Assembly (NCBI RefSeq): GCF_036321535.1
Contig: NC_087437.1
Coordinates: forward strand, 10,232,001 to 10,296,000
Source of the DNA: Camelus dromedarius
Lineage: Eukaryota
DNA: 64,000 nt
Direction of reading: 5' to 3'
The notes under the pieces were generated by a model. It had not been told where the DNA came from and did no database searches. It saw only the letters and a list, made by a program, of their open reading frames with translations. Below are positions 62,655 to 64,000 of this stretch, piece after piece. Made by a program: the position numbers and the translations under genes. Positions within the stretch are counted from its first letter, which is position 1; each line of letters starts with the position of its first letter.

Positions 62655-62947
62655 CTGTCAATGAAGATTTAAGTAAAGTTAGACTATTAAGCAGAACTTT
62701 GGAAGCAAATTCCTACATAAATGTTCAAGCTATTAAAATAATTTCTCCATTTACCGCTTGGGGAAGCCATCCATCAGCCACTTCTAAAATTACAACGTTG
62801 AAGGACTAGGAGCACCAGTGATAGAATTCGTTTTTCAGTAGAAATATCGATAATCAGTCACACTTTTATAGTTGGAGAGCCATTAGATTTGAATTTGGAG
62901 AATAAATGGTCTGATTTTGTGTGGAGGATTTACTTTCAGTTACTTAC

Positions 62948-63011
62948 GTATTCCTACAGCCTCATCTATTTGTTGTGCTCTAGTGTCCTCCAATGGATAT
63001 TCTTGATAGTA
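62948..63011 (-). CDS. Candidate penultimate coding exon (64 nt): YYQEYPLEDTRAQQIDEAVGI
   Basis: ttctgtaattccag| acceptor; TAC|GTAAGT donor; open frame. Confidence 0.5.
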
Positions 63012-64000
63012 CTGGAATTACAGAATCTATTTGAATTTGAAGATCACCAGGAGGCTGGATGGTACACGAGCTTCTTTAGCCAAAAATCCATAGAAGAAAC
63101 CCAGTTCTCTCAGCCTGAGCTGAAATTAATTAACATTTAGGGCACATCTGAAAATCATTCTGCTTGATAGGCAATGAGTTCCAGGGTCACTCATATTAAG
63201 TTTCCTTTATCTTATCATATTGAATAATCTTGGAAGGAGTGGACCCAGATATATGAAAGTTCCTGTTGAAAAGTGTAAAAAGAGTATGATTTTAGAGATA
63301 CGTGGTACAGAGATAGACTTTGGATGTTGAGTAAGACACAATTAGTATTCTTTTATTAGCCTAGAAAATAACAGAAAGTGTTTTAGAGCACATGGAGTTT
63401 GATTCTAAAGAAGTGTGTTATGCAAAACGTGAAAATATAGAGAAAAAAAACACTATTACTTGACAGTAGTGAATAAATCAGTCTGAATTATTGAAAAGTC
63501 TCAGTCGGAACATGTAATTTAAAGAATGTTGCTTTTATATTTTCATGGCCACAATTAGTTTCAATGGATAGTCCAAGTAATTGTAATAAAACCCAGGACT
63601 GTTCTTGTAAATTGATTGTGTCCAGGGGTATTTAACCACAATTTCTTGTTATTTCTCTTTTAAATAACCCCTCCTACTCCCACAACAGGTGTTGAATGTT
63701 GTATTTGGTCAAGTGTCCCAGTTTTGACCCAGAAAATATTGTGACTCAAACTGTGGGTGGAAGGAGGCGGGAACATGAAGAGGAAGCTGAGTCTATGGGA
63801 TATACACAAATAACTCCGGGAAACAACTACGAGTGTGGGCTACACCCTGCCTCCCCACAGAGACAGAGGAGAGCTGGTATACGATGCTTTCTGCTATCTC
63901 ACAGGGACATACATTTCCCCAGTGCAATTACAGGAGCATTTAAAATAGCCCCATAGCACTGTAACTATCCATAGGGGCAGTATCACAGGTGTAATTCTCT

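Noticed and set aside
62889..63140. 83-aa plus-strand ORF
   Set aside because: Non-ATG start; better explained as antisense to the minus-strand exon at 62948-63011
1..64000. CRISPR array, operon or other prokaryotic system
   Set aside because: Mammalian repeat landscape with no repeat-spacer arrays or dense ORFs

Overview
Mammalian genomic DNA, most likely a camelid (alpaca, llama or camel). This is inferred from three tRNA-derived SINEs resembling the camelid vic-1 type and from many cetartiodactyl-type L1 3' ends. The window is mostly non-coding and dense in transposable elements: L1 3' ends (many with TSDs), older L1/HAL1, L2, MIR, ERV1/ERVL/MaLR solo LTRs, hAT and Tigger relics, and microsatellites. 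None of the supplied ORFs looks like a host gene; the recognisable ones are L1 ORF2 fragments. The most notable non-repeat signals are: (1) two minus-strand exons at 62560-63011 that splice in frame into a plausible 52-aa C-terminus of an unidentified gene; (2) a CpG-rich promoter-like element at ~60.9-61.5 kb with a near-perfect RFX X-box; (3) a series of minus-strand splice sites plus a plus-strand bias of L1/LTR insertions, suggesting a long minus-strand transcription unit; (4) clear retrotransposition structures (nested L1, twin-primed inversion, tail-less internal L1 captures). I see no evidence for a new multi-gene system. Repeat family names are from visual recognition, not database searches, and repeat boundaries without TSDs are approximate.
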